A stretch of DNA of 64,000 nucleotides from assembly GCA_965214935.1 (NCBI GenBank), contig CBDCCS010000001.1, positions 106,190 to 170,189 on the forward strand, given 5' to 3'. Of this stretch, positions 1-10,109 are shown piece by piece; the first letter of the stretch is position 1, and each line of letters opens with the position of its first letter. The DNA comes from Candidatus Velthaea sp. (GTDB lineage: Bacteria; Vulcanimicrobiota; Vulcanimicrobiia; Vulcanimicrobiales; Vulcanimicrobiaceae). The position numbers and the translations under genes were made by a program. Below the pieces are notes generated by a model that saw only the letters and a list, made by a program, of their open reading frames with translations, made no database searches and was not told the origin of the DNA.

Positions 1-237
1 TCCCGCACCAAGCTTCACGGCCCGTCCGTTCTGTTGCACGCTGTCGATGCTCGAGAGCGTGGTGCCCTCGGCAACCGGCAAATCTTCGGCGAGAACCAAA
101 TGCGGCGCTGCGGGATGGATGCGTGACGTAAGCGCTACGACGATCGCGATAACAGAAAGTAACGCAATGATCGGAATGGCGACGATCGTGAGTATGCGTT
201 CGCGCGGCCGGCGCGGCTGTGCGGTACGGCCGATCAC
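1..237 (-). CDS. Membrane-anchored hypothetical protein, N-terminal part (runs off the window)
   Basis: GTG at 237 overlaps the TGA of the upstream gene (GTGA). The frame is open to the edge: MIGRTAQPRRPRERILTIVAIPIIALLSVIAIVVALTS..., a basic N-terminus plus one TM helix. Not in the ORF track. Confidence 0.65.
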   Translation of the reverse strand, partial: MIGRTAQPRRPRERILTIVAIPIIALLSVIAIVVALTSRIHPAAPHLVLAEDLPVAEGTTLSSIDSVQQNGRAVKLGAG

Positions 238-2312
238 TTGACTAGCACGATGGTTCGCGAAGCGGGTACTGCATAATAGCCGATCGCCGGCGCATCGATA
301 ACGTGCAAACCGATCTGGTGCCGCCCTTCCGGCAAACCTTGCGTGCCGATCGTTCCGGAGAAGCCGACGCTCGTCATCTGCTGACCGTAAGCGGCAGCCA
401 CGTCGGGGCGCAGCAAACCGTAATTCGCTCGTAGCACGACGCGATCGTCGATCGTCACGAACACGGCTGCTGCGGGCAGACGGGTATCTGCATCGGCGGC
501 CCAGCCCCGGACGTAGAGGGGCGCGCCGGCGCGGGCATAGACCGGCGGATTTGGTCCACTCGCCGGTTGGCGGGCGCCGTCGCCGGGCAACGCCGGTGCG
601 ACTTCGTCTATGACGGCTAGGCCGGGGCGGTTCAAAGCAACGATGTGTTTGGGTATCAACGTCGCGACCGACCGGTCATAATACCGGTCACGGATCGTTG
701 CGCCGGCATACGCGCTCCCGGCAAGCGCGAAGACCACGAAGAAGGCCAGCATGAAGGTCGACAGACGCTGCGCCGATTTCGGAACGCGCAGCATGGCCGG
801 CGCTTCGCGGACCGCAACGAGCAACGCCGCGGCCATGAACGGTATCCAGTTCCGGCCTTGTGCGCCGAAGGTATTGTCATAGACGACATACATCGACAGC
901 ATGAGGACGGAGAAGGCGAGGTAGCTATTGAGAATCGGGTTGCCGCACAAAGCGCGAGCCGCCAGGTAGAGGCGGCCGCGGCGGGCGAGCGAGACGATCG
1001 ACCGTAAGCGCCGGACGACAACGATTGCGAGCGCAACGATTACCGCTACCGTCGTCCAGTCGGTCAGCTTCGCCAGCGCTTGTTCGGTCGGCACATTTCC
1101 GATCACTAGCGGGGCATCAAGCCAACCGAATACACCCCAGTACGAAACTTGCGTACTACCGCCGTTGAAGTAATCGTCGAAAGCACGAACGCTGCGGTCA
1201 ACGAGATATTGCGGGACGGTCCCGGTTGCGCGGGCAGCCGCCAGTGAAGCGGTGTTGATGAAGCGGATGCCCGGTAGAGAGTCCGTATGAGATTTGTGCA
1301 CGATCGCGGTGTTGAGCGCAAACGCAGCGATCGTCGGCACAAACACGGCGCACAAAACCGCCGGCCAGCGCCGCTGCCAAGCTCGCAGCCCCCAGCGCTC
1401 GACGGCAATGAAGGCGGCGATCGGAACGACAAGTGCGACGGCGAACTGAATTTTGGTCAGCATCAGCGCGGCCAGCAACAGACCGGTGCAGATGACGAGC
1501 GGCATCGTCGCGCCGCGGTTCTTCATGCGCGTCGTTATGTAAAAGCACATTGCAACGAGCGTGAAACTCAAATTATCGGGCTGGACGTATGAAGAGACGA
1601 ACGTGACCATCGGAAACGCACCGATGGCGAACGTCAGAAGCAGCGAGCGACATACGCCGACGGCAAGCCCGCGGAACGTCCAGTATGTGAAACCGAGGGA
1701 AAGACAAAGCAGACCCACGGAAAACAATCGGGCTGCAAAGAACTGGCCGGTCAGCGAATGCAACTCGGTAGAGATCACCCGGACCCAGAGCGCGGCGGCG
1801 GCGTAGAATCCGAACGGATACACCGTGATGAGCCAGGGTACCGGATGATCGGGAACATCGTAATACTGCTGCGCGATCGCCGGTGCATGGGTGTTGATCC
1901 GAATCTTATACGCGGGCGTCGCATAATCAGCGGGCACGTGATTTTCGGGATGGAACGCAATGCGATTCGTTTCGACCGCTGCACTCAAGTACTTAATATC
2001 CGGATCGGCAATTTCTGCGCTAATACCGTCGTCGGCGCGCAAGAGATGCCCGGCATGGGCGAGCGAGAAGACGTAATCACTGTGAGCAGGTTCGTCCGGC
2101 GACTGAAAGATCGGAACGGCAAAAACCCAAAATATCGCGAGCGCCGCAGCCGAACAGATCGTTCCGATCAGCGAGGTCCATTCAAGCACGTCGCTTAGGA
2201 CGTCCCGCGTCGCTTTCGCGAGCCTCTGCTGCGGCAATTCTTGGATTTCAAGGGCCGGCTCAGAGCGGAGAATGCTGGTCGATTCCTTCCTTTGCGGACG
2301 CGGGACCAGCAC
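234..2312 (-). CDS. GT-C fold membrane glycosyltransferase (DUF2142-like) with C-terminal Ig-like domain
   Basis: P.FQSPDE.AH motif after the first TM, about 11 TM segments, 'QGR' motif, and a C-terminal 'GWA...RPDVA...GF' domain. Confidence 0.75.
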   Translation of the reverse strand: MLVPRPQRKESTSILRSEPALEIQELPQQRLAKATRDVLSDVLEWTSLIGTICSAAALAIFWVFAVPIFQSPDEPAHSDYVFSLAHAGHLLRADDGISAEIADPDIKYLSAAVETNRIAFHPENHVPADYATPAYKIRINTHAPAIAQQYYDVPDHPVPWLITVYPFGFYAAAALWVRVISTELHSLTGQFFAARLFSVGLLCLSLGFTYWTFRGLAVGVCRSLLLTFAIGAFPMVTFVSSYVQPDNLSFTLVAMCFYITTRMKNRGATMPLVICTGLLLAALMLTKIQFAVALVVPIAAFIAVERWGLRAWQRRWPAVLCAVFVPTIAAFALNTAIVHKSHTDSLPGIRFINTASLAAARATGTVPQYLVDRSVRAFDDYFNGGSTQVSYWGVFGWLDAPLVIGNVPTEQALAKLTDWTTVAVIVALAIVVVRRLRSIVSLARRGRLYLAARALCGNPILNSYLAFSVLMLSMYVVYDNTFGAQGRNWIPFMAAALLVAVREAPAMLRVPKSAQRLSTFMLAFFVVFALAGSAYAGATIRDRYYDRSVATLIPKHIVALNRPGLAVIDEVAPALPGDGARQPASGPNPPVYARAGAPLYVRGWAADADTRLPAAAVFVTIDDRVVLRANYGLLRPDVAAAYGQQMTSVGFSGTIGTQGLPEGRHQIGLHVIDAPAIGYYAVPASRTIVLVK

Positions 2313-3490
2313 TAACGGTCGCGCTCGGTCCGGTACGCGTAAAATAGACGCCGTTCGGCTATAAGATTCCGCTTGTCCACCTGAAAGGGAAAGCCGCCCG
2401 TCCAGCTTGACGGGACAGCCTCAATTGCAAAGAGCTGGTTTCCGGTCGGAAACTCAAGCGAGCCGAGCAGCGTACCGGCGGCGCAATCAACGGCGTGTAC
2501 CGCACAGCGGCTACTATCGACGTCAAGGCCGGGCGCGTAATGCCGAAAACGCGGGATGACACGCGACGTCCCGGCAAAGGCAATGTTGTCGACGAAGGTG
2601 AGACCACGGGTCCACCCGGGCAGCCGTGCAACGACGTCATAGCCATTTGCTTCGGCCGCGACGGCAAGTTCACCATAGCCGCTGTTGTCGACCCACACGC
2701 GGCCGTCATGCAGGCGCGCAGAGTGCGGACGGGTCAACCCGCGCATCATCGGTTCGCCGGTTGCGCCGGCGAACACGACACCCAAGCGGTCAACGGGATA
2801 CTCTAAGTGTCCGGGCGGAAAGGCGGCCGGCTCCGCCCCACTGGCCGAAAAGAACGACGTATCGAGCGTCGGTCCGGCTGCAATCGAGTTGAGTTGAATG
2901 AGATTCTGACCGGTGTCCGGCACGCCGTCGCGCTCGACTGACTTCGGCCACCACGCGATCGCCGCGCCGCGCTCGCCGTCGATTCGGACCACCGCATTCT
3001 GGCCGACGGAATTGGCGTGCAGAACCGAACCGATACAAGCAAGATCGTGAATGTAAAAGCAGCCGGGTAAGTACCGGGTGGCGACCGGGACGAGCGGACG
3101 GTATGCGATGTCGGCCGCTTCGTTGTCGCGGCGTTCCAATGTGCCGGTAACGGGAGCCAGAGAATAGACTTGGTTTGGATTGCGCGTCGAGGCCAGATGC
3201 AAAATGCCGGCGGTCGTGTCGAACGCCAACCCCGATGGATGCGGGACGCGCATGTACGAAACGCGCGGAACACCGTCCGAACACGAGACGGCGAGCACGA
3301 GATGCTCGTACTCGCGCGTCACAATGATCGTAACGGCAAGTTGTTCGAGCACATCCCAAAAACGACCGGTAGACGTGAACTCGAACATCCCGGCGTCGAC
3401 CGGCGCAAATTCGCTCCACTGGGCGGCGATCGTTAACGGATCTCGCCACTCTTCGGCATGCCTAGCAAAGCGGTGTTCGTCGGCGCTCAA
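2312..3490 (-). CDS. TIGR03032/DUF4915 family protein
   Basis: Motifs IHDL, LNS, GLTRPHSARLHDGRVWV.NSG.GE and LPGWTRGL. Confidence 0.8.
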   Translation of the reverse strand: MSADEHRFARHAEEWRDPLTIAAQWSEFAPVDAGMFEFTSTGRFWDVLEQLAVTIIVTREYEHLVLAVSCSDGVPRVSYMRVPHPSGLAFDTTAGILHLASTRNPNQVYSLAPVTGTLERRDNEAADIAYRPLVPVATRYLPGCFYIHDLACIGSVLHANSVGQNAVVRIDGERGAAIAWWPKSVERDGVPDTGQNLIQLNSIAAGPTLDTSFFSASGAEPAAFPPGHLEYPVDRLGVVFAGATGEPMMRGLTRPHSARLHDGRVWVDNSGYGELAVAAEANGYDVVARLPGWTRGLTFVDNIAFAGTSRVIPRFRHYAPGLDVDSSRCAVHAVDCAAGTLLGSLEFPTGNQLFAIEAVPSSWTGGFPFQVDKRNLIAERRLFYAYRTERDR

Positions 3491-4182
3491 CGCCCGCGGC
3501 CGGCTCGAGCTAGCCGAACGGCGCCGATATACATTTTAAACGCCGAGCGGTAATTCGTCGTCGACTTGCCCCCGTGCCGGCGGGTCGAAAAGATCGGTAT
3601 TTCGATCATCGGATATTCGTTGCGGCGACAGATGGCGTTGAACTCGGCGTCGATGAGATCGTCGTCGGACTGGAGTGCGAGCAGCGGGGCGTATTGTTTG
3701 GGAAAAACTTTGGGCGTTCCGTTGACGTCCCACGCGGATAAGTCGAACAACAGCCGGCACTCGAGGTTGTAAAGGAGAGAACCAAGACGCCGGGTGACGC
3801 TCTCGCGTATGCGCCGGTTCGCTTTGACGATCGTCTCAGGAAAACTGCGGGCGTAAAGGAGCGCGAGCACCAGTTCGCGATCGGTCGTGCGCGCAGAATT
3901 GGTGTAACAAATCAGGTCACCGTTCGCTTCGGCAATACCGCGCTTGACGGCGCGGCCCCAGCCGCCCAGTGCCTCTTCATACACGGCGACGTGCCCGTTT
4001 GCTCGGGCAAGCGTATCGCATGCCGCCCGCGAACCGTCGCGCGGTGAGCCGTTGACGACGAGGACGATCTCGAATCGTAGACCGGCTCGCGACAAAGCCG
4101 CGTCGTAGCCGTTGACGATCTCGGCAATATGATCGGCTTGTTTGTAAACCGGCAAGACGATCGAGACGAGCAGATCGTTCAA
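3487..4182 (-). CDS. Family 2 glycosyltransferase, DPM1/polyprenol-phosphate type (degenerate DxD)
   Basis: SIVLPVYK, EIVLVVNGS.DGS, GWGRAV..G, and C-terminal EIPI....R..GKST. Confidence 0.8.
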   Translation of the reverse strand: MNDLLVSIVLPVYKQADHIAEIVNGYDAALSRAGLRFEIVLVVNGSPRDGSRAACDTLARANGHVAVYEEALGGWGRAVKRGIAEANGDLICYTNSARTTDRELVLALLYARSFPETIVKANRRIRESVTRRLGSLLYNLECRLLFDLSAWDVNGTPKVFPKQYAPLLALQSDDDLIDAEFNAICRRNEYPMIEIPIFSTRRHGGKSTTNYRSAFKMYIGAVRLARAGRGR

Positions 4183-5111
4183 ACAATTTCGCGCGAGCAG
4201 AGCGCTACGGCGACATCGACAATCGATTCGGCGTCTATTTTACTACGTCGATTGTAGAACGATTGACTGCCGCTCTTTCCATCCGGTTTTTCGCGGACAC
4301 CGCAACGCACGAGCGTTGAGCCGCTGCCGCACTCGGCGATCGTTTCGGCAACGAGCGATCCGAGTGCGCCGTCGACGACTTGCGCTTCGACGCTCACGAT
4401 GCGGCGATTGTGCGTAACGAGCTCGCGCAGATCGTCGACCGGTGAAGGGTTGAACGACGAAACGATCGCGACGGTCGCAGTCATTCCGTGTTCGCGCAAC
4501 AACGTTTCGCTCGCACGAACGACGTCATGCGATGCCGTGCCCATCGTTACGAACAATACATCAGATCCGGTGCGCACGATCTCGACACGCCCGAGCCGAA
4601 AACGGCCGTTCAGACCGGCGACGGTATTCGAGTCGTCTTTTCCCAAGCGATAATAGATGGGGCCGGGCAAATCGGCGGTATCGACGAGCGCCGTGCGCGC
4701 CTGCTCGAAGTCCGCGGGCGAAACGATCGTCAGCCCGCGCTGCGGACGTAGCGACGCGGCATCATCGATGCCATGGTGCGTCGGCCCGGCGTAACCGTAT
4801 TCGTAGCCGGCCCCCATTCCCACGATGCGCACGGGCAAATGATGGAGGACCGGACCATTACGGATGAACTCAAACGGTCGCAACGACGCAAAGGTGATGA
4901 TCGAGTAACAATACGGACGATATCCCGCCTCCGCGAGTCCGGTTGCAACGCCGAGCATGTTCTGTTCGGCGACGCCGATATTATAAAACTGACCGGGCAA
5001 CGCATTGGAGAAAGGCTCGAGCGCCATAAAGCCGAGATCGGCCGTCAGCAGCAAAACGCGCTTATCGCGCAATCCCATCTCCGTAACGGTTTTGGCAAAG
5101 GTCGCTCTCAC
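4179..5111 (-). CDS. Transketolase, C-terminal (pyrimidine-binding) subunit
   Basis: LTADLG, NIGVAEQNM.GVA.GLA, GPTHH; GTG start at 5111 overlaps the upstream TGA. Confidence 0.9.
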   Translation of the reverse strand: MRATFAKTVTEMGLRDKRVLLLTADLGFMALEPFSNALPGQFYNIGVAEQNMLGVATGLAEAGYRPYCYSIITFASLRPFEFIRNGPVLHHLPVRIVGMGAGYEYGYAGPTHHGIDDAASLRPQRGLTIVSPADFEQARTALVDTADLPGPIYYRLGKDDSNTVAGLNGRFRLGRVEIVRTGSDVLFVTMGTASHDVVRASETLLREHGMTATVAIVSSFNPSPVDDLRELVTHNRRIVSVEAQVVDGALGSLVAETIAECGSGSTLVRCGVREKPDGKSGSQSFYNRRSKIDAESIVDVAVALCSREIV

Positions 5112-5917
5112 GTGTTGCGCACTTCGTCTAGCGCCGCCGCAAACTGCTCGTCGTTCATCGGCAAATAATGCCATTTGATCTGGTTGTGCATGTACGACAC
5201 GCCCTTGCCGAACACGGTTTTCGCGATGATGACGCGCGGACGGCCGAGCGCCGGTGCATTTGCCGCGGCTGCAAGCGCATCAAGATCGTGACCGTCGCAC
5301 TCAACGGCGTCCCAGCCGAAAGCAGCAAAGCGCTCGGCGGCATTAGGTATATCGATGACGTCACGCGTGTAACCCAAGGCTTGCTGTCCGTTCGAGTCGA
5401 CGAACGCGCAGAGCCGGTCCAGCTTCTGCTGCGCGGCAAACATGACGGCTTCCCAGGTCGAACCTTCATTGAGTTCCGCATCGCTCAAAATGATGAACGT
5501 ACGCCGATCCGATCCATCACGCCGCGCCGCGAGCGCAGCACCGGCCGCCATCGATAGCCCTTGCCCAAGTGACCCCGTGCAGAAATCAACCCCGCGCAAA
5601 ATATGCTCGGGATGAACGCCGAGCATCGAGTCGTTTGCGCAATACGTAGCGAGTTGCTCGGGTTCGATCCAACCACGCAGCGCAAGCGCGGCGTAAAGCG
5701 CCAAGGCCGCATGCCCTTTGCTGAGCACGACGCGGTCGCGATCCGCATCTTCGGGAGATTCGAGCCGAATTAAGCGCCCGTAGATGACGCTTATGATATC
5801 GGCGACCGACAGCGCCGAACCGATATGTCCGACGTGCGCGCGCTGCGATTGCTCCAAGATAATTTCGCGAATACGCCGGCTCGATACGTCAGCTGCAAAG
5901 GTCGTCGACTCAATCAT
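5108..5917 (-). CDS. Transketolase, N-terminal (TPP-binding) subunit
   Basis: GHIGSALS, DR.VLSKGHA, TGSLGQG, SDAELNEGSTWEA (GDGE-like TPP motif). Confidence 0.9.
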   Translation of the reverse strand: MIESTTFAADVSSRRIREIILEQSQRAHVGHIGSALSVADIISVIYGRLIRLESPEDADRDRVVLSKGHAALALYAALALRGWIEPEQLATYCANDSMLGVHPEHILRGVDFCTGSLGQGLSMAAGAALAARRDGSDRRTFIILSDAELNEGSTWEAVMFAAQQKLDRLCAFVDSNGQQALGYTRDVIDIPNAAERFAAFGWDAVECDGHDLDALAAAANAPALGRPRVIIAKTVFGKGVSYMHNQIKWHYLPMNDEQFAAALDEVRNT

Positions 5918-6876
5918 TGCGGCAATGCCTTCGAGCGCTCGTAGAAAGATAACTGCGCGGCCGATGCAGTCAACCAGGCGGCAGTTCGTGCGAAGCCCTC
6001 GGCGAATCCGATCTTCGCACGCCAGCCCGTTTGCGCTTCGATGCGCCGGACATTTGCAATCCAGATGTCCGTATCCCAGCTTTTTCGCGCCATCGAGCCC
6101 CAGCGCGGAGCTTCGTCGATTGCAAAGCGCTTGCGTACCACATCGACGACGTCGGTCATCGACGTTTGCACGCCGGTACCCACATTGTAGACTTCGCCCG
6201 ACGGAACGTTTGCTTCCAGAACGGACTCATACGCATCGACCACATCGTCAACGAAAATAAAATCGCGCGCGGTCGAAGGCGAAACGAGCGGCGGCAGCAA
6301 TCCCTTGTGCGCTTGCACGATGAGCGTAGGAATAAGCCGGGTCGGCTCCTCGAACGGACCGTACACCGAGTACAGGCGCAGTGTCGTCACGTGAAGCGCC
6401 GTTGTTGCAGCAACGAATTTGCCGTAGTGCGTGGCGGCGACTTTCGTGACGGCGTATAGACTGTTGGGTGCAACGGCTTCGGATTCGTCCGGTGCATGAT
6501 CTTTATAACCGTACTCCGATGAACTGCCGGTGTTGATAAATCGCCGTACGCCCGCGGCTCCGGCACAATCCATCAAATTCATTGTGGCTTCGACGTTCGT
6601 TCCGACGGCCGAACGCCGGTCGGCCTGCGTCGCATAAGCCCCATAGGTAGCGAGGTGCAGTACGGCATCCGGCCGGATGCGCGCAAAGACATCCTCCACC
6701 GCGCGGCGATCGGTCAAATCGAGGTTGTGGCGATGGTAACCGTCAAGACCGTTCAATCGCCAGGATTGCGAAGACTGCCGAAGCAGCAGATGGACGTCAT
6801 CGCCGCGTCGGACGAACCGGCGAGCCAGGTTCGCGCCGACAAAACCGGTCGCACCGGTCACGGCGATCACACTCAC
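5914..6876 (-). CDS. NAD-dependent epimerase/dehydratase (NDP-sugar SDR)
   Basis: TGATGFVG, GSSSEYG, YxxxK (YAVTK), RDFIFVDD. Confidence 0.9.
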   Translation of the reverse strand: MSVIAVTGATGFVGANLARRFVRRGDDVHLLLRQSSQSWRLNGLDGYHRHNLDLTDRRAVEDVFARIRPDAVLHLATYGAYATQADRRSAVGTNVEATMNLMDCAGAAGVRRFINTGSSSEYGYKDHAPDESEAVAPNSLYAVTKVAATHYGKFVAATTALHVTTLRLYSVYGPFEEPTRLIPTLIVQAHKGLLPPLVSPSTARDFIFVDDVVDAYESVLEANVPSGEVYNVGTGVQTSMTDVVDVVRKRFAIDEAPRWGSMARKSWDTDIWIANVRRIEAQTGWRAKIGFAEGFARTAAWLTASAAQLSFYERSKALPQ

Positions 6877-6877
6877 G

Positions 6878-7813
6878 CTAGGCGTTGCCGTTCAGGAAAC
6901 GCGCGTAATCAAAGGCATCGATGTAAACCGATGTTCGCAGCCGCACTTCGTCGCGTTCTGCAGCGGACAATTCGTTCGCCGTCGCGAGGTTGGCTTGCGG
7001 CGTTGCTTTACGGATCGTGCCCCATGGATACACCTCTTCGAGCACCGTCGAGTTCCACGACGGCGTGCGCAGCGATTCGCTCGTTTGCAATCCGAGCTCG
7101 CCGCATAGCTTGCCCAAGGTGGCAACCGAATCGGCAAGCACGTCCTCGATTCGAATGACGTGAAAGCGACCCGGGAATTTCTGTTGAAATGCCAACGCGT
7201 AATATTGATTGAGATTCCAAGCCAGCGTGTAATGCTCGAGTGAGAGCGGCACCGCGCGCTTCTTCGTGTCAGCGTACGCCGACCACGGGTTACGCACGAT
7301 ATGTAACACATGCGCGTCGGGCAAGTCCGTCAGGATTTTGTCGCCGTCGACCCCGATGATCGGGTTGTAACCGACGTACATCTGCTCGTCGCCCGTGCGT
7401 TTGAGATCCTTCCAAGCCTCAAACGTCGCTTCAAAAAACGCCATTACGTTATTCGGCCGCGAGCGTCCGGTCTCGGCAATGATACGCTCGTAGATTTTGC
7501 AACGCTCATCATCGTTCATATCGAACGGCATATGATTGAACTTGCTGACCCGCGGCGTGCGCGAGCGGACTTTGCCTTCCTCATCGATGATCGCTTTGTA
7601 ATCTTGGTACGGCGTTGCATGCAATGCGAACGTCGGCCAGCGATATTTGAGCGGAAACATCGACGATAAGTAGTCGTTCACAAGTGACGTGCCGATTTGT
7701 GACTCGAATGGATAGACGAACATTTGCCGATGGCCGTCCAGAAACCGATGCGTCGTGTTTCCGCCGTTTTCGTACATCGCGCCGATCATTAAAAGCCGTA
7801 CGCCGCTAGGCAT
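6878..7813 (-). CDS. Sulfotransferase-like protein
   Basis: N-terminal IGA...T.HRFLDGH, HIVRNP.S 3'-PB-like motif, 'IRIED.L.D'; GGAG RBS upstream. Confidence 0.6.
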   Translation of the reverse strand: MPSGVRLLMIGAMYENGGNTTHRFLDGHRQMFVYPFESQIGTSLVNDYLSSMFPLKYRWPTFALHATPYQDYKAIIDEEGKVRSRTPRVSKFNHMPFDMNDDERCKIYERIIAETGRSRPNNVMAFFEATFEAWKDLKRTGDEQMYVGYNPIIGVDGDKILTDLPDAHVLHIVRNPWSAYADTKKRAVPLSLEHYTLAWNLNQYYALAFQQKFPGRFHVIRIEDVLADSVATLGKLCGELGLQTSESLRTPSWNSTVLEEVYPWGTIRKATPQANLATANELSAAERDEVRLRTSVYIDAFDYARFLNGNA

Positions 7814-7959
7814 GTTTCGTTACTCCGTGGTTAAAACGTGCAATTCGGAAATCAATTCCGCGCAGCATGAAATCACGTCGCGGCGAATTCGTCCAGCGCT
7901 GCATTTTTTGACCGGTGCGCAAAACCTTCTCGCTAGCGATCATCGACACGCTCGCCCGT

Positions 7960-10041
7960 TTATGGTGCGAGGCGGAAATCCTCGGCGTTCAACGATAGAT
8001 GCGGACTGTAGAACGGATCGTTCGACCACGCTTGCTGCCAGCGCGTTTGCAGCCGTGCACGTTCGGTCATATCCCGCTCGATCGACGCTGCGTCGGTATC
8101 GTAACCACGCGATTGCGATTCAAGATGAAAGACTTCGACATGCGGCAGGCACACGTTATAGAGTCCGCATTCGAGCAGGCGCAAACAAAAATCCACGTCG
8201 TTGTACGCAATCGGGAACGTCTCGTCGAAACCGCCGACGTCCACGAACGTTTGTCGGCGCACCATCATGCACGCTGCGGTTACGGCCGCATAGTTGGTGG
8301 TCAAAGCTACGTTGTTCGCGTAACCGCCGGTCGTGCGCGGTTGATGCCGATGACTGTGGCCTGCGATGCCTCCAATGCCCAGCACGACGCCCGCATGTTG
8401 AATCGTGGCATCGGCGTAAAGCAGCTTGGCCCCGACCGCGCCGATCGACGGACGCTGCGCATACTCCACCATCGCCGTCATCCAATCGCCGTGTACGATT
8501 TCGGTGTCGTTATTGAGAAACAACAAATACCGGCCGCTCGTGTGCTCGACCGCAACGTTATTAATTTTCGCATAATTAAACGGCACGTCATAGCGCACGT
8601 AACGGAAGCGGTACGGTTCGGAACGTTTATAGGCGGCAAACAGCGCGAGTGCATCGGCGCGGTCGGAGCCATTGTCAAGGAGGACGACTTCATAATCGGG
8701 ATACGTCGTTCGGCCGAACAACGAATCGAGACAGCGCCGAACTTCGAGCGCCCCGTTACGCGTCGGAATGATCACCGATACCTTTTGCAAACGCTGCACC
8801 TCGTACCGGATGTCCCAGTGTCCCGCGCCGGCGACGGCCGGACGAACCGACCCGCCTTCGCCGCGCCGGTCGAGGGCGTCGGCGATCGCTCGCTGTGCAT
8901 TCACATAGGCATAGTCTTTGGCTTGCGGATTTTGCGAGGTCGATGCCGGATGGAGCCGCCAGCTGTAAAGAACGCGCGGGATATGCCCGATCCGATCCGT
9001 TCGCTCGGTAAAGCGCAAGACGAGATCGTAATCCTGGGCGCCCTCGAAGCCATTGCGAAAGCCGCCGATTTCCGTAAGGATCGTGCGGCGGTATACTCCG
9101 AGATGGCTTGTATACATTTTTGTGAGAAACGTGTCGGGGGCCCAATCAGGTTTGAAATAGGGGCCCGATCGCCGGCCGAAATCATCGATCTTATCTTCAT
9201 CGGAATAAAGCATATCGAGTTCGGGCCGAGCGTTGAGAGCGACGGCATTTTCAAACAGTGCATCGGGCTGGAGAACGTCGTCGTGATCGAGTAGCGCGAT
9301 GAACTCGCCGGTCGCCATTTCAAGCGCGGTATTACTTGCTTGCGCGATGTGCCCGTTTTGCGTGCGAATCGCGAGCACGATACGCGGGTCGGCCGCCATG
9401 TATTCGCGCGCTATATCCGCTACGTGTCGTGAAGGCGATGCATCGTCGACGATGCAGAGTTGCCAGTGCGTGTATGTTTGCGCAACGACCGACTCGATCG
9501 CCGCGCGCAGATACCGTTCGGGCGTTTGATACGCAGGCATGAGAACGCTGAACTTCGGCTTATAGGATAAGCATGCAGCGACGGACCGCATGCGCTCGAG
9601 ATCGGACTCGCGCGGCGCGTTGAGGACGAGCCAGTGTTGATAACGATCGTCGAGCGTCTCACGGTCTTCTACCCGAGTATCGGGCCGCGGCAGATCCGCG
9701 CCGCGACCGATTAAGCGGCGGACGATCGTGCGCATTTTCCACCATCGCGTGCCGAGCACTTCGTCGACGTACGCATTTGATTCGGCCAGCGCGTCCTGAA
9801 GATCTTTGAGCCGGCCGGCGAGCGGCTTGCGCGTCGATTGCAGCAGAAACAGCTCGCTTACAAGTCTGCGCATATCCGTTTCATAGGCAAGCACCTTGCG
9901 GTGCAGGGTCGAAACGTCCTCATCGTCACGCCGACGCAAATCTTGTCTACTCATAAAACCCCTTGCTTCGCACGTCGCAACCGCCTGCGCTATCGCGACG
10001 TGAAGTTGACCGGACTGCAGGGTTACCGGCATGCCGTGCAA
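7960..10041 (-). CDS. Tandem GT2 glycosyltransferase with N-terminal coiled coil
   Basis: FSVLMPAY, WQLCIVDDAS, LLDHDD, YSDEDKID, second domain VSVIIPTRN, FLNNDTE, AVTAACMM, NDVDFCLR; true start may be a downstream ATG. Confidence 0.9.
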   Translation of the reverse strand: MHGMPVTLQSGQLHVAIAQAVATCEARGFMSRQDLRRRDDEDVSTLHRKVLAYETDMRRLVSELFLLQSTRKPLAGRLKDLQDALAESNAYVDEVLGTRWWKMRTIVRRLIGRGADLPRPDTRVEDRETLDDRYQHWLVLNAPRESDLERMRSVAACLSYKPKFSVLMPAYQTPERYLRAAIESVVAQTYTHWQLCIVDDASPSRHVADIAREYMAADPRIVLAIRTQNGHIAQASNTALEMATGEFIALLDHDDVLQPDALFENAVALNARPELDMLYSDEDKIDDFGRRSGPYFKPDWAPDTFLTKMYTSHLGVYRRTILTEIGGFRNGFEGAQDYDLVLRFTERTDRIGHIPRVLYSWRLHPASTSQNPQAKDYAYVNAQRAIADALDRRGEGGSVRPAVAGAGHWDIRYEVQRLQKVSVIIPTRNGALEVRRCLDSLFGRTTYPDYEVVLLDNGSDRADALALFAAYKRSEPYRFRYVRYDVPFNYAKINNVAVEHTSGRYLLFLNNDTEIVHGDWMTAMVEYAQRPSIGAVGAKLLYADATIQHAGVVLGIGGIAGHSHRHQPRTTGGYANNVALTTNYAAVTAACMMVRRQTFVDVGGFDETFPIAYNDVDFCLRLLECGLYNVCLPHVEVFHLESQSRGYDTDAASIERDMTERARLQTRWQQAWSNDPFYSPHLSLNAEDFRLAP

Positions 10042-10109
10042 CGCGCGGCAAGATGCGTGGGATGTATGGAACGAAAGAAGAGAGGCCGCTCAATGCCCGC
10101 TGACGTCGC

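Noticed and set aside
7999..9294. Long + strand ORFs opposite the GT2 genes, and similar shadows opposite pdp, mfd and fliA/flgG (e.g. 59875-61059)
   Set aside because: Antisense shadows of motif-bearing genes, expected at high GC; no motifs of their own
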